Source: Heterodontus francisci
Taxonomy: Eukaryota
Assembly (NCBI RefSeq): GCF_036365525.1
Contig: NC_090387.1
Span: forward strand, 18,445,766 to 18,509,765
DNA length: 64,000 nucleotides
Reading direction: 5' to 3'
A program made the translations under genes and the position numbers. The notes beneath the pieces were generated by a model. The model was not told where the DNA came from, did not search any database, and saw nothing but the letters and a program-made list of their open reading frames with translations. Each line of letters begins with the position of its first letter. Within the stretch, counting starts at the first letter, position 1. Shown one piece after another: positions 1 through 13,792 of this stretch.

Positions 1-151
1 ATCACGTTCTTTTTGATATTCCTGGGTACTTATTATTCCATATATCTGAACCTCTCTTCTGAACCTTACTGCCTTGTAATCACTCCCAAATATCCTTTAT
101 TCTAATGGAAAGAGTCATTAGATTGATTAATATTCTTTATATCTTATCCCA

Positions 152-911
152 GAGGCTGGATTTTCATTCCAGGGTCCTGATCTTGAAGCCAGGATAGATT
201 CTGGGTCAGGAACCCACACATGCTCGCGGCAGAACCCTGGAAGCAGTTTTGAAGGTGGCAGTCGATTAAGTGCCTCACTCCAGGAGCCCCATTCAACTAA
301 GGACGGCAGATGGGCTCCCAAGGCCGGAGGGACAATAGGCCCTCCGGCACTGAAAGATCGAAAGCCCCACCATCGGAGGTGGGAGCTGCCGATGCCGGTA
401 TGGGAAAGAGAGGGCAATTCAAGATGGAGGTGCCCCTCTGATGAGCTTTTAAAAATTGATAAGTACAAAGAGGCTACAGCCCCCAGGCATTCGCCATGGA
501 GGGGAAACCACTTCACTGGATGGCCTTTGGCCACAGCTGTGATCCTATGTCTACGGCGGCCACAGGGAGGCTGCATTTTCCTAGCTGGGTGGAACACCCA
601 ACCCCTCCCCCCCCCCCCCCGCCTCCCCCCACCGCCTCATCCCTGGTCTGCCACTAGGAGGCCACCTCCATCCCTCAGCTGTGTTTCGGCCCCAGCGGGG
701 GGCCCACATGCCAACTGGAAAATTCCAGTCCGTGTCAGCAGATTGGCCTAATTGGCTACCCGCTGCTTGTGGGCGGGTAGCTGACCCCACACCCCTGATC
801 CTGCCTGTTCCAAAATGGACTGGATGCAGCACACTGGCCGGTAGTGGGAAATTGTGGGCCTGCCTGCCTGCCTCTGGTCCCGCCTCAGCAGCCCAATGAA
901 AGTTTGGCCCC
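152..911. mobile_element. Harbinger-like MITE, degenerate
   Basis: Left end GGCTGGATTTTCATTCCAGGGTC equals the reverse complement of the right end of 5491-6172; right end aatgaaagtttggcccc. Confidence 0.6.
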
Positions 912-1679
912 AGCTATCCATTATTCTCAAGTAAAGGCAGAACTGTAAGGTTTGATATCAGCTGGTTCAATCCTACCTCCTAATAAACTGAGAATGAACT
1001 CTCAAGTGGCAACCCAAACAAATTAGCAGTGTACCAACAACACATCCAACCGCTGGTTAATGACATTGATTTAGTGGTATAGTTTCACTCAGGACAGTTT
1101 GGTCCAGTTTATAACTAACTGCTTTTTTCTCGATCCGTTCACTGGATTAATTTCTGCTGTGCTGTATAATTGAATCTTTTGAAATGATATATAAAGGCTG
1201 TCATACAATTTCCTTGTCGTCGTCAGGAATATTCAATTAATTGGAATTAATCAGTAACTATTATCAATGTCCGTTATATAATTTAAAAACCCATACACTG
1301 CTGCCATTATTTTAAGTGCAAGAATGACATTTGAATGATGTGCACCTGTTGGCTTCATGTGACTATTGTGGCATTAAATGTATTTTACAGAAGGTTGTGG
1401 AAGTGATAGATGTTTTAAAGTCCAGAGCTAAAGACTGAGAGCTTTGTTGCATCCTTGAAGTCACTTTTGTGACTGAAGGGGCAATATTTTCTGTAAATTG
1501 CACTCGTGCTGAATATCCGAGGAAAACGAACAGACACTTCATGAGTTTCAAACACTCTTCCACATCTGCCTTATGGTAACAAGTACTGAGTAACCTTTAT
1601 TTCCTTGTTTCTTCGTATCCATCACGGAAGACGGTTGCCTGGTGACATCATGTGCTAAAGACCAACACTGCAGACATCA

Positions 1680-2310
1680 GGCACCGAATTTTTAATTAGC
1701 TCAGGAGGTAGAACCAGAGGCGGGCAAACCTGGAATTTCCCGCTGCCGGCCAGTGTCCCAGTTTGCCAGCACATTCCCGCCTCCAGGCCATTTTCAAAGA
1801 GGCCGGGCAGCCAATTAAGACTTAACAGACCCCTCTCTCATGCCCACTGGAATATTCTAGGAAGGTCCTCCCACAGTGGCCGGAACATGGACAGTAAAAG
1901 GAGGCGGCTTCCCAGCGGCTGACTTGTGGACCAGCTCTTCAGCTTAACTATATACCTCCCCCACCCCACCGCCACTGCAGAATGATGCCACAGTTACAAC
2001 CACAAGCTCCCCTACCACAATGGTGGTCTGACAGCTGCAGCTATTTTGATTTTTAAAACTTGAGGCTCCCTCCCTCTCCCTTACCTGCATCGGCAGGCTG
2101 CTGCTTGCTTCGTGCTGGAGGGCCTCCTGTTGGCTCTCCAGCATCAGAGCCTGCCTGTCATCCTTAATTGGATGGTGAGTACGCCCTCTGGCCATTAATT
2201 GTCCATTCCCTGGAAATTGTGTCAGGTGACTATTTCCAACATGGTGCAGGCTCAGGATTCGCATTTGTTCCCGCTGTTGGGTTCCTAACCCAAAACAAAA
2301 ATCCTGCCCC
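1680..2310. mobile_element. Harbinger-like MITE, degenerate
   Basis: ggcaccgaattttt…aaaaatcctgcccc termini; shared internal gccaattaa motifs; GC-rich island. Confidence 0.5.
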
Positions 2311-2654
2311 AGTTATTTATGTGGCCCACACTCACTCATTCCACCTGCTCTTAGGCAGTGCAGGCGTGATGGTGAAACCAGTCAATAGAAGGTTGCTGAG
2401 AGTAACTGCAGGTCACCTTCCCTTTTGATTTCTCCCTCTCTCCCAGAGGAGCAGAGCATTGCGTCTCTCTGAACAACCCGTTACATGAGTAGGTGCAGGT
2501 GGTGTGACCCACGCACCCCGTCCCGCCAAATGTAAGCTTGAAGCATGAACACTCCACACCAGTTTACTAATTGTAAAATGACCGTGTGTTGCATTTGCTT
2601 GAAACTGAACAAACTTTATACAGAGGTAACCAGAGACATCCCAACTTTTTGTAG

Positions 2655-2771
<117 letters not shown>

Positions 2772-3819
2772 TGAGAGTGGCCCAGTTACTAGACAGATAC
2801 TGACTAAGATAAGGAAAGGAATCTTTCCACTGACTCAGTGGTGTGGGACTAAGCCACAGCATCTGAAAGGTTCCCTTGGTCTTTGCTGAGATGCTGATTT
2901 CAGCCAAGGCACCATCTAAAAATAAAACGGGTCAGGGTACCCATCCCAAACTGCTACCCAGTAACCCCTGCTGGAAAATGTGAGGGTGTGTTTGGGAATG
3001 GCCATTCACAGTTACGTTGCTTGCTGAAACTGGTGAGGAATGGCCACTGGGGAGAGGGACTGGAAGGCGGTCAGTGTCGGAGGGGCTGCACCCTAACAGA
3101 GTACGGACCTTTTGGAGAGCAGTGGGGAAAATTGGTCACACAGAAGAAAAGTACCACAAGTTGGCTTTCTGACCGTGATTTTGGAGAGGAACTGTGGGAA
3201 AAATTCCAAGGAATAGATTCCAAACCTACAGACAAAGATGGAAGGAAAATTACTCCCAAGGATAGACAGAAAAGACCAGGCCCATTGCTGATCTGCTAAT
3301 CATAGGCCATTCTCTGTCACATCGTATGACTTTGAACCCAAGGGAGTTTGGGTTGGAGAATTGGGCTTGCAGTGCTTTATCCCTGTCTCCGACCCATACT
3401 CGCTGCCAGTGTGGCTTTCCCTGGAAGTGCAGAATCATGGAATAACCTCTGAAAAGTCCCCGCTATGCTTGTTCCACCTAGGATGAATAGCCAAGAAGCT
3501 ACTGCAAAAGAGAAGTTATTAAACAGCCTAATTTTATTTTCTCTTTCCCTTCTAATCACTTTGCATTCTGACCTTTTTTTCTTGAATCCCATTTTTAGAT
3601 TTCTTTTCTCCTCCCTTGCTCCTGTTATGCATACTATTTTTCTATCAGTGTCATTCTTAACTAGCTGCTCGCCATTGGATGAAACTCCCTAACTTGTTTG
3701 TCCCTGTAATTTTTTCAAATTTCACTGAAAGAAATGTCAGAATAGAAACATCAACATCAGTTTCTGTCATGTCTGTCTCCGAAGTACGAATAATATTTAT
3801 TGAATATGATTCCATCCAG

Positions 3820-3936
3820 GTATCAGTCTTGGTCTTAATGCACAGGTGCTATGGCTACTACATCCATGGACGGTCGGTACATGGACATGCTGATATTGGC
3901 ATGGAGTCGATGTACCTCAACCTCAAGAAAGAAGAG
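3820..3936 (+). CDS. TMEM67: meckelin/TMEM67-like exon (117 nt) VSVLVLMHRCYGYYIHGRSVHGHADIGMESMYLNLKKEE
   Basis: ccatccag acceptor, gtaatc donor; hallmark GYYIHGRSVHGHAD motif (also in ORF 3679..3948). Confidence 0.95.
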
Positions 3937-4004
3937 GTAATCAAATGATGCATTTTGTGATGCTGGGATAGATTAACTTTAATAAAGTGGAATTTGCACT
4001 CAAG

Positions 4005-4315
4005 TAACATAAAAAATAGGAACAGGAGTAGGCCGTATGGCCCTTCGAACCTGTTCCACCATTCAATAAGATCATGGCCGACCTTCAACCTCAACTCCAT
4101 TTTCCCGCCTTATTCCCATATCCCTTGAATTCCCTTAAAAACAATCAATCTCAGCCTTGAATGTATTCAATGACTGACCATCCATAGCCCTCTGGGGTAG
4201 AAAATTCCAAAGATTCATGACCCTCTGGGTGAAGGAATGTCTCCTCATCTTAGTCCTAAATGGCTGGGCCCTTATCCCCAAGATGATGATCTCAAGCTCT
4301 AGACCCTCCCCTGGC
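4005..4315 (-). mobile_element. CR1 3' fragment
   Basis: FTQRVMNLWNFLP on -, plus typical 3'UTR (aggagtaggcc…cattcaataagatcatgg). Confidence 0.8.
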
Positions 4316-4672
4316 AAGAAGGTGCAGATTTTCCTGCTGCTGCCTCTGGGCCTATTTGAATACCTGGGAGCAGTGAATACAAGAAAATAAGATCGGGAGG
4401 AAATTTAAATCAGGTAAGATTTATTCTTTTTTCACTGTAAAGTGATAAAAAATTTGCACAAGCTTCCATCCAGAGGTGTGCTCTTTCCAGTCAGAATTTC
4501 CTCCATTTGGTACATCCAGGGGAAGCAATAGGCCTGGACTCAGGAACAGGAAAATCTGTAGGAGTAGGAGATGATGGTGGGTGCACGTCAGAGAGAAAAA
4601 TGATGAAGTTGATGTGATTGGGGAGGCAGAGAGGTTAATTTTGGGGAAGTGTCAGAACCACAGTGACTATGA

Positions 4673-4843
<171 letters not shown>

Positions 4844-5490
4844 TAATACCAGACTTTACTAGGTTACAGGAATGACATTTTTTTAAAAATATGAAATATT
4901 TACCCTTGCCCTGTTGAGGAAGTTGTTTTCTGTTGATATTTTGGGCTGAATGTTGCTTGTTCTGCACATTGGCAGCCATGCCTTCACCTATCTAGGCCCT
5001 AAGCTCTGGAATTCCCTCCAGAATTCCCTCCACTTTCCCATCTTCCCTCTCCTCCATTATGACGTGCCTTCAAATCCAGCTCTTTGACCAAGCTTTTCGG
5101 CACTGATCCTACTATCTGCTTCTTTGGCTGAGTGTCCATTTTGGGCAGAATACATTCCTGTGAAGTGCACTGGGACATTCTTCCATGTTAAAGGTGAGAC
5201 ATAAATACAAGTTGTCGTTGTTTCCTGCATTCATCTCAAGAGATGAATTGCTGTGATGACAAAATCTGCTTTTTCCAGTGACAGCAACAGCGTGAATTTA
5301 TGATGCCTCGGAGCACTTTGCAGTAAGGACTACAGGGATACAATGGACACTAAACATGGGGAAAAGGGAGAGGAATCCAAAGGCGAGGTGGAAGAGGAGG
5401 GTTTTCGAAAGCGGGGGCTGGGGGGGTGCAGTGGAGAGAAATTCAAGCTGTGCAAGGGTAATTGCGTTTGAATGGGAAGGTTGAGATTTG

Positions 5491-6172
5491 GGGCTGGATT
5501 TTCAAACCGCTTTGGGTGGGGGGGTGGTGTCGAGCTTGGGTGCGGGCGCTAATTGAAAATTATGTTGTCGGAAGGTGTTTCTGGATCCCGACGCCTCCGG
5601 AATGCGCTGCGATTTTCAAGGAGAGGGCATGGGGAGCCGGGAATCCACTCGCCTCCAATTAACTACCTGTTAAATTCCCAATGAGCTTTTTAACGGGATG
5701 TGGAGGGCCAGAAGAAATTTTCAAAGAGGAGAGTGGGAGGAGTGAACGGTCCAGTGCACATAACTGATTAGCTGTCGGGAGCAATACGGTTGCACATTGT
5801 CAATAATTATTTAAAGAAATGGACAAAATGAGTGATTGAATCATAGCGTTTCACCCCCTTTCCTGTTCACTTTTGGGCCACTTATTTGCACAGTAACACT
5901 GCTGACCCTCTGATTTACTGCCTGCACCATTCTGCAAAGTAATGGCGACCTGTCACGGCTGCTATCTGCCATTTAACATTGCAACCTGGAGCTGCTTCCC
6001 AGCTCCATGCCGGTCCCGGCACCACTGATTGTGCACCATCCTGAGTCCTGGTCCGGTTAGATCACTTACATTAGCCGATAGCATCACATCAGCTACACTG
6101 ACGCAGCATGGGGTTGGAACCCGGAAATTATCTGGGCGTTGGGGTCCCGACCCTGGAATGAAAATCCAGCCC
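5491..6172. mobile_element. Non-autonomous DNA transposon (PIF/Harbinger-like MITE)
   Basis: Perfect 13-bp TIR GGGCTGGATTTTC…GAAAATCCAGCCC with 3-bp TSD TTG/TTG. Confidence 0.8.
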
Positions 6173-6179
6173 TTGAACT

Positions 6180-7185
6180 AGAATAGGATGGTTACAGCAC
6201 AGATAATTATCCAATTCCCTTTTGAAAGCCATGATTGGATCTGCCTCCGCCACACTCCCAGGCAGTGAATTCCAGATCCTAACCACTCACTACGTTAGAA
6301 AAAGGTTTTTCCTCACGTTGCCTCTGATTCTTTTGCCAATCTCCTTAAATCGGTATGCCCTTGTTCTTGATCCTTCCACCAATGGGAATAGTCTCTCCCT
6401 GTCTACTGCCTCCAGTCCCCTCATGATTTTGAACACCTCCATCAAGTCTCCTCTCACCCTCCTCTTCTAAGGAGGACAACCTCAGCTTCTCCAATCTATC
6501 CATGAAACTGAAGTTCCTAATCAGTGGAACTATTCTCATAAATCTTTTCAACAACCTCTCTAATGCCTTCACATCTTTCCTAGAGTGTGGTGCCCAGAAT
6601 TGGATACAATACTTCAGGTGAGGCAGAATCAGTGTTTTATAAAGTTTCACCATAACTTCTTGTCTTTTGTACTCTATGCCCCTAAGCCCAGGATCCATAT
6701 GCCTTCCTGGAGGGAAAATACAGCTAGATGGTGCGAAAAAAGATTGACTGGAATGATACCAGAACTGAAAGGTTATATAAGATTGAACAGGCTAAGGCTC
6801 TTTTCTCTAGAAAAGGGACGACCGAGGGGTAACATGTTCAATGTATTAAAGATTATGAAACGGTTTGATAGCGTAGGCACGAAGAAGATGTTTCCTCTTG
6901 CAGGTGAGACCAGAACTAGGAGCCATAAATATGAGATAGTCACTAATTAAACCTAATAGGGAATTCTAGAGAAGCTTATTTATCTACAGAATGGTAAGAA
7001 TGTGGAACTCACTACTACATGAAGTGGTTGAGGTGAATGGCATAGATACATTTAACGGGAAGCTAGATAAGCAAATGAGAGAGAAAGAAATAGAAGGTTA
7101 TGTTCATGAGGATTAGATGAAGAGGGATGGGAGGAGACTCATGTGGAGCCTAAACACTAGCACAGACTTGTTGGACCAAATGCCA
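6180..7185. mobile_element. Two CR1 3' fragments back to back (- 6180-6700; + 6730-7185)
   Basis: ORF 6345..6698 (LKYCIQFWAPH) and ORF 6585..6950 (RLFSLEKGRPRG). Confidence 0.75.
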
Positions 7186-7271
7186 TCAAGGATCCCGAAT
7201 CTAATGCAGAATGTGACCTTGAAATTCAGCCCTAAGTTTGTTATTTTCTTACATATTGTTTAACCTTAAAG

Positions 7272-7376
7272 GCAGCAAGAGTAAATCGAACTGGTCGTGA
7301 GGATTCAGCCGCTCTGCAGCAGAACCTGAAAGCCTACTTCACAATGAATAAGTTCCTTTCATCCTTTCTTGAACAT
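7272..7376 (+). CDS. TMEM67: meckelin/TMEM67-like exon (105 nt) AARVNRTGREDSAALQQNLKAYFTMNKFLSSFLEH
   Basis: ccttaaag acceptor, gtgagt donor; matches KAYHMMNKFLGSFIDH. Confidence 0.9.
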
Positions 7377-7889
7377 GTGAGTAGGTGCCTTTCATTTTGT
7401 TTGTTGGTTGAGCGCGTGTGGGGCATTGTCAATTAGTGTGTGGGATGTTGTGTGCACATATATGCCAATGGGATAAAAGAACTTTGGATGTTAATTGATA
7501 TTTCTGACCATATAGTGTAAAACCAAGGGCGACCTCATCTGGGCACTATATGGGATGTAGTGAGTGAACATACTGTCCTTTCACCTGTGGATTCTATTCT
7601 ACTCAACACTGGTAGAAGGCCTTAATTCTTCTGGGTGCTTCAGCTTAGCTAATGCTCATTATGCTAAGAGGCAATCGTATTAGAATTTAGCCCATGATCA
7701 ATTAATCTAACTGCAAAGAAATTCTAAGAAATTGAATTTTAAATCATTCCAATATTCTCTTCTGTCAGTAAAGGGCCTTGAGCCTAACCAGACAAATCCC
7801 ATACTTGGACCAACAAGGCCAGTAGTTAATAAACTACTTTTACTGATACCCCTTCACTGCTGAAGTACCTCCGCACATTTGTGTCTCAA

Positions 7890-8455
7890 AGTGCAGTGAT
7901 TTACTTTTGGAGTACAGAGGATAATCTGGTTTTAGTGATGTTGGTTGAGGGATAAATATTGGCCAGAACTCCTGGAGAACTCCCCTGCTCTTCTTGGGCT
8001 CTTTTACGTCCACCTGAGAGGGAAGACAGGGCCTCGGTTTAATGTCTCATCTGAAAGACAGCACCTCTGGCAGTGCAGCACTCCCTCAGTACTGCACTGG
8101 TGGTGTGTCAGCTCGGGCTTTGGTACTGAAGTCTCTGGAGCAGCAAACACAGCAGCCAGCCTATACCAGAAATGCCCCACAAACAACAATGAGATTGAAT
8201 AACAAATGAACTTGCATTTAGTGGCATTGGTTGAGGGAGGATTGTTGGCCCACACACCAGGAGAATGCTTGTCTTCCAGTCGTGCCCTGGGATCTTCTCA
8301 TGCTCAGAACAGACAGACGGGACCTCGGTTTAACATCTCATTAGAAGGGTGGCATATCCTTTGATATAAGATTCCTAAATATTGCACTGGTGGCTCAGTG
8401 CAGATTATAAACTCAAACCCTGATATGAGGCTTGAACCCTCAATCATCTGCTCAG
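7890..8455 (-). mobile_element. Two partial Deu-domain SINE copies
   Basis: Reverse complement of the Deu core (ttggttgagggataaatattggccag…cttttacgtccacctgagag) occurs twice. Confidence 0.65.
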
Positions 8456-8679
8456 TGATTCAGCAAATAAACTAAGTCATAGGTTCGAAAAAGGTCCCAG
8501 GTTCAGTTGGCAGTCTGTGCTGATTTGACCTGTAGCTTTTGGAAGGGACACAACAGTCATCTCCGGATCACTCATGCACATGAAAGGAAATGAGCTTGGG
8601 TCTTGTTTCTGATTGGTATCTAGTCTTGTCTGTAATATAGAGATATGCTGATGTAGTGATTATGTACCGGACAGAGAAC

Positions 8680-9340
8680 GTGAGTTCAAATCCCATTGTG
8701 GCAGCTTTGAGAATTTGAATTCAGATTTTAAAAAAACACTGGTATCCGTGAAAGTGACAGTGAAGCTTTCAGATTGTCATAAAAAAACAATTTTTCTTTC
8801 ATGGGATGTGGGTGTCGCTGGCAAGGCCAGCATTTATTGCCCATCCCTGATTTCCCTTGACAACTGAGCGGTTTGCCAGGCCATTTCAGAGGGCAGTTAA
8901 GAGTCAAACGCATTGCTGTGGATCTGGAGTCACATGTAGGCCAGATCAGGTAAGGACAGCAGATTTCCTTCCCAAAAGGACATTAGTGAGCCAGATGGGC
9001 TTTTACAACAATCAATGATAATTTCATGGCACCATTACGAAGGATAACTTTCACTTGCAGATTTGTTGTTAATTAATTGAATTTAAATTCCACCAGTTGC
9101 CACTAGCCTGGGCCTCTGGATTACTAGTCCATGGCATTACCACGATGCCTCTGTCTCCCCACTAATTCCCTTTAGGGAAGGAAACCTGCTTTTCTTACCT
9201 GGCTGTCTTGTATGTGACTCCACCAACATGGTTGACTCTTAAATGTCCTCCAAAGTGGCGTAGCAAGCCACTTCAGGGCAACTAGGAATGGACAGAAAAT
9301 GTATGGTCTTTCCAGCGGTGCCCACATTCCGAGAAGGAAT
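8680..9340. mobile_element. Nested SINE copies of another family (outer +, inner - at ~8790-9160)
   Basis: B-box gagttcaaatccc; agggaaggaaa…ctgc…cttacctg and gttgactcttaa…ccctc motifs in both orientations; related pieces near 15950, 34900 and 45650. Confidence 0.55.
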
Positions 9341-10600
9341 TTTTAGAGACATCCCATGAGGGAATAGCTTGTTGACATTCAGAAGCCAGCTCACAATGAC
9401 CACCGGAGCAGGCAGCTGGAGGATGAAGTTCCAGGAGAGATGTGGAGTCGAGCAAATTGGCGAGAGAAAATGAAGACTATTATTTGAACCTTCATCAAGT
9501 GATAACTCGAGAGTCAGAAGGTTTGTTTTTGGAAAAAAAAAATCATCCTATGAGAGAAAGATTTTGGCAAAAGGAATGTCTAAATATTTTTGTAAAACTG
9601 GTCGAAACAAATGCAAATATTTTATCTCCCAGCTGTCCTGCTTTCACATCCAAAACAACATGAGTGCATTCAAAAAGCTTCATGCAGACCAGTCAATGCA
9701 ATGTTGACAACAGGAGACCCTTGCTCTTTGCAGTGGGAGAGAGATACTTATGAAGGGGCGTACCCATAGGGTCAAACAAAGGGCTGGATAGAAAATGTGT
9801 TCTTAATATTTTACGTTACAGCAGCAAGGACCCTGGGTGTGGTTTGTTGATCCCTATCAGCAAAAAATAGAAGTCTGTTTTTAAATAGCAAAATCTGTCA
9901 CAGGATCGTAGGATTTGTCTAGGTTGGGTCTGAATCAATGTAGCCACCCTTTTTAAATAACATGATGTTTCTTTTCTCCTTTTCTGTCAATTTTATTTTG
10001 TTTTTTTTTCTCCAGACTCCTCGAGTTCACTGCATCCTATTTCCCAGCGTTGCTTGAAACCATTGCTGAGAGTTATGCGAGAGCCGTGCTCTCTTCCTCG
10101 CTTAGGAATGCGTCTTGTCTCTTTTATGTGACCTCCACTCCTCATCCACTGAGATCAGGAAGCTCTCTGGAAGGTGGAGATGTGGTGTTAAAATCTCAGT
10201 CTGTGAAGTAACAATATAAGGTGCCATTACCAGAGATTGGGGAGCGGAATGCCTGTGATTTCCTGACCATTCATTCTGACCTGTTGGCCAGGTTTCCAAT
10301 CTGTGCTCTGGCTGATGCAGCTGCCCGCCATGCCGTCAGAAAACGACCCCAACACTCTGATTACTTATCGAGCTCTTTGGGTATCCTCCCCAAGTGTCTT
10401 GTGCCCTTGACTTCACAGAGTACTGCGCTGACCATGTTCTTGTTCTGTTACCCATTTGACGTGCTGGGCCGTGAGCTATCATTTGTCGAAATAAAGCAGT
10501 GGAAAATGATATATAATATCTGGAAGCAAATGGGGCTTTTACCATGTAGAAGAAGGCTTGTGATTGGCTGGCTTACTGGAATCAAAGCTATGATTTGTTT

Positions 10601-11380
10601 AGTGTCAGCTTGGCTTCGCTGGCAATGCTCTCACCCCTTGCATCAGCAGTCTGTGGGTTCAAGCCTCAATTCAGGACCTTGAGCACATAATCTAGGCCAA
10701 TAATGGCAGGTGAAGCTAGGACAAGAGGGCATAGCCTCAAGATTAGAGGGGGGCAGATTTAGGACTGAATTAAGAAGGAACTTCTTCACCCAGAGGGTTG
10801 TTAATTTATGGAACTCCTTGCCCAGTGAAGTAGTTAACGCTTCTTCAGTAAACGTCTTTAAACCTAAGGTAGATATCTTTTTGAACAATAAAGGAATTAA
10901 GGGATACGGTGAGAGCGCGGGTAAGTGGATCTGAGTCCACGAAAAGATCAGCCATGATCTTATTGAATGGCGGAGCAGGCTCGAGGGGCCGGACGGCCTA
11001 CTCCTGCTCCTACTTCTTATGATCTCTTATGAATAATCCAGTGCAGTAAGTAGTGAGGGAATGCTGTATTGTTGAATGAGATGTTAAACTGAGGCTTTAT
11101 CTGACTATCAAATTGGATGTAAAAGATCCTTTTGCACTGTTTGAAGAGCTTCAAGTTTTCCTGATGTTCTGGTCAACTTTATTCCCTCAACTGATGCCAC
11201 CGAATACAGATTAACTGGCTGTTTATTTCATTGCTGTTTGTGGGATCTTGCAGTGCGTGTATTTAGCTGTTGTGTTTGCTGACAGAGCAGCAGTGACTGT
11301 ATTTCAAAAGTAATTCATTAGGCGTGAAGCAGTTTATGACGTCCTATTGAGATGATAAGGCACTGAATAAATGTGAGCTC
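10601..11380 (+). mobile_element. Deu-domain SINE interrupted by a young CR1 3' fragment (10705-11031, TSD AATAAT)
   Basis: Same core as 22152-22605; the insert encodes FFTQRVVNLWNSLP and ends (cttatg)n; AATAAT at 10699-10704 and 11032-11037. Confidence 0.75.
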
Positions 11381-11464
11381 CTACAATCTTTCCCATTTGC
11401 AAACAATTGTTTGCGTGCAGACTATCCTCTTCCTGTGTAATGTTACTGAGTGTTCTCTGTGCAG

Positions 11465-11567
11465 GCTTACAAAGACATGGACTACGTGGTAAGGGAAAAA
11501 CTCTTCCTGGAGAGAATCTTGGACTTTGAGTTTCAACGATCAGACGATAGGAGTTTCTTCTACAATG
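11465..11567 (+). CDS. TMEM67: meckelin/TMEM67-like exon (103 nt) AYKDMDYVVREKLFLERILDFEFQRSDDRSFFYN
   Basis: ctctgtgcag acceptor, gtgaga donor, phase 0->1; matches [22 protein letters not shown]…SIFYN. Confidence 0.93.
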
Positions 11568-12344
11568 GTGAGAGCTGCAGGTTTGTCGGTATTTAAATGA
11601 CTAATACAGTGCAATGTAGCCACAGCTTTTTATCAATCAGATTTAACACATAACAGCAACATTGCTGTCATCTGAGTTTGGCCAAAGAGTTTCCCTGAAG
11701 CAGCCCTACAAGTCAGAACAATGTTTAACATGATCAGGAGGTTATCAGACTTACTCATCACACTAGCTACCCTGTCAGAAACTAAATGTAGTTCACTACC
11801 TGAACCTGAACTAACACAGCTGTAATGAGTTGTGTGAAACATTAGTGGTTATTTTGGTGAAATCTTTGCAGAATTTTTACCGCTAGTATCTCACGTTTCA
11901 TGACAAATGGCCTGTTTCTATGATCTAACTTTTATGTACCTTAATTAAGAGATCTGTAGAACGTTCCAGTGGGGAGAAAACAGAAATTCAGGTGTAAAAT
12001 TAAGATTCCAGTTAATCGCTGGAGCTGAGTTCCACTATTTCAGGTTTCAGTGTAATTGTTGCATTATCAGGAAACTTTATTTTGCAGTTCCTGAACTTAA
12101 ACAATAACATGTTCTTTTCCCTCTTCCCCGAATCCCCGTTGTATACTTTCCTACCCTCATTCTTTATCAGGATTTCAGTGAAACTCCTTGAGTAATGAAT
12201 AGCCTTTTAAAAGCCAAGCTTGACGTCACCTCATTATTGCTTCCTGATTTGCCTCATCTCTCTCTCTCTCTTTGCAACCTTTGTGATGAAGTACAACATC
12301 TGACAGTCTCAGATGTAATTTAAAGTTGGGCCAAATGAAAATGA

Positions 12345-12720
12345 TGGGCAGGAAAAGATCAGCTGGTCCATTAAGCCTACCTCACACCATGATGACTGGA
12401 GCATCATAACTAAACACTTCCTCCCCTCCCCCCTGCCTTCCTTCCCTCCAAGCCATGTAATCTCCCGGGAGAGCAAAAAAGCAGGGGGAAAAAACCCAGA
12501 CCCAATAAAGGAAAAATGTACTCTGGAAAATTCCTCTACCCCCTCATGCGATCAAAACCAATCCAGGAGATTGCACAGACCAGGACACTTGCCTTCGATA
12601 TGACACAATCTCTGTCCCAGTCAGGAACCAGACCAGCTCCCTTTTGAAGTATTGCAGAGAGTCAGCTCCCACTACACTGGCCGGCAATGTATTCCAGAGA
12701 CTCACTACTCACTGGGGTTA
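12345..12720. repeat. Interspersed repeat (probably a LINE 3' end); related copies at ~14015-14230, ~31215-31450 (inverted) and ~32810-32960 (inverted)
   Basis: Shared caggaaaaga…ctggtccat…agcct…ccatgtxaxctccxggg…tctggxaaattcctct…ccaggagat blocks. Confidence 0.6.
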
Positions 12721-12755
12721 GAGGGCCATGTGATTTGCATGTAACTGGATAACAT

Positions 12756-13544
12756 GGGGGGAATTTTATACTCTTCCCCCATGGCGAGTTTGGAGGCGGG
12801 GAGGGCATTTAATAGGACGGGATGACGATGGGTGGGGGCCCTGCCACCTTCCTGCCTCCATGCCAATTAATTCTATTAGGGGAAGGCCTGTGGATGTCCA
12901 ATTAAGGGCCTCATCCCACCACCACTGGTGTTCGCCCTTTGGCAGGCAGGACCATCGCCGCATGGCCAGCACGCCAAGCAAACTTACCTTGTTCTGGCAG
13001 CCATCCCATGCCGATATTGCAGACTACGTTTGGGGTTCCGAGGCGTGACATTGGTGGGAATGGGGGAGGAGTGAAATTATCAGTGCAGTAGTAGGGGGTG
13101 GGGGCGGGGAAAACCATTTTTATCGGCTGTGGGGATGGTGCGAAGGGGTTGAAGGACAAATATTACAAAGTTCGGGTTGGGAATAAAGTTGCTTTTGGTG
13201 ATGTTGGCCCAAGAGCTACCATTGGTGGGGGGAGGGGGATGTGGGTGGGAAAGGGCTTCCAGCTTTCATTTAATATTTTCAACACAATTAACAATCATAT
13301 TACTTTAAATTTAAAAATTTCTTCTAAGGGCTTAAAGCCCTTCGAAAATGGTGCCGGATGCTGTTGCCAGGGACAGTGTGGCCGCCCCCTCTACGTCATT
13401 GGGGGTGGCCGGTCCTTCCCCTCCATTTAAATGAGCCCCCGCACGAAATAACGCGGGGGCTCAGCGATGGTGCATCCGCGCCTGAAGACCGCCGACAGCA
13501 GGGCGTGCGGCTGCAAATTGCGGCACACTCATAAATTTCAGCCC
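12756..13544. mobile_element. Harbinger-like MITE, degenerate
   Basis: ggggggaattttat…ataaatttcagccc termini; shared ccaattaagggcc motifs. Confidence 0.55.
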
Positions 13545-13792
13545 AATGTGTCACAGGGATTCACTGGCTTCCATGTGATGTAGTTAAACTGAAACTGTCT
13601 GTTCACCTTGCCCCATTCTGAGCTGGAGTCCCTGCCTTGTGCAGTTTGCAGTTGTGCCCTTGTAGTTATAGAGCTTTTCGATTCCGTTTTCTCAGCTGTA
13701 AAAGACTCAGGGAGAGCTAACAAAACATTTATTGTGAGAATTTCCGACTCAGTGCATGAGGCTCAGTTATTTTTCAATCTCATTGTTTCCAG

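Noticed and set aside
127-930. Overlapping Pro/Gly-rich ORFs (also 48925-49438 and 56614-57691)
   Set aside because: They arise from GC-rich repeat sequence, with no domain, splice or codon support.
1381-1440. Possible further meckelin exon after tattttacag
   Set aside because: The translation does not resemble the expected upstream meckelin segment and reaches a stop; that exon probably lies before the window.
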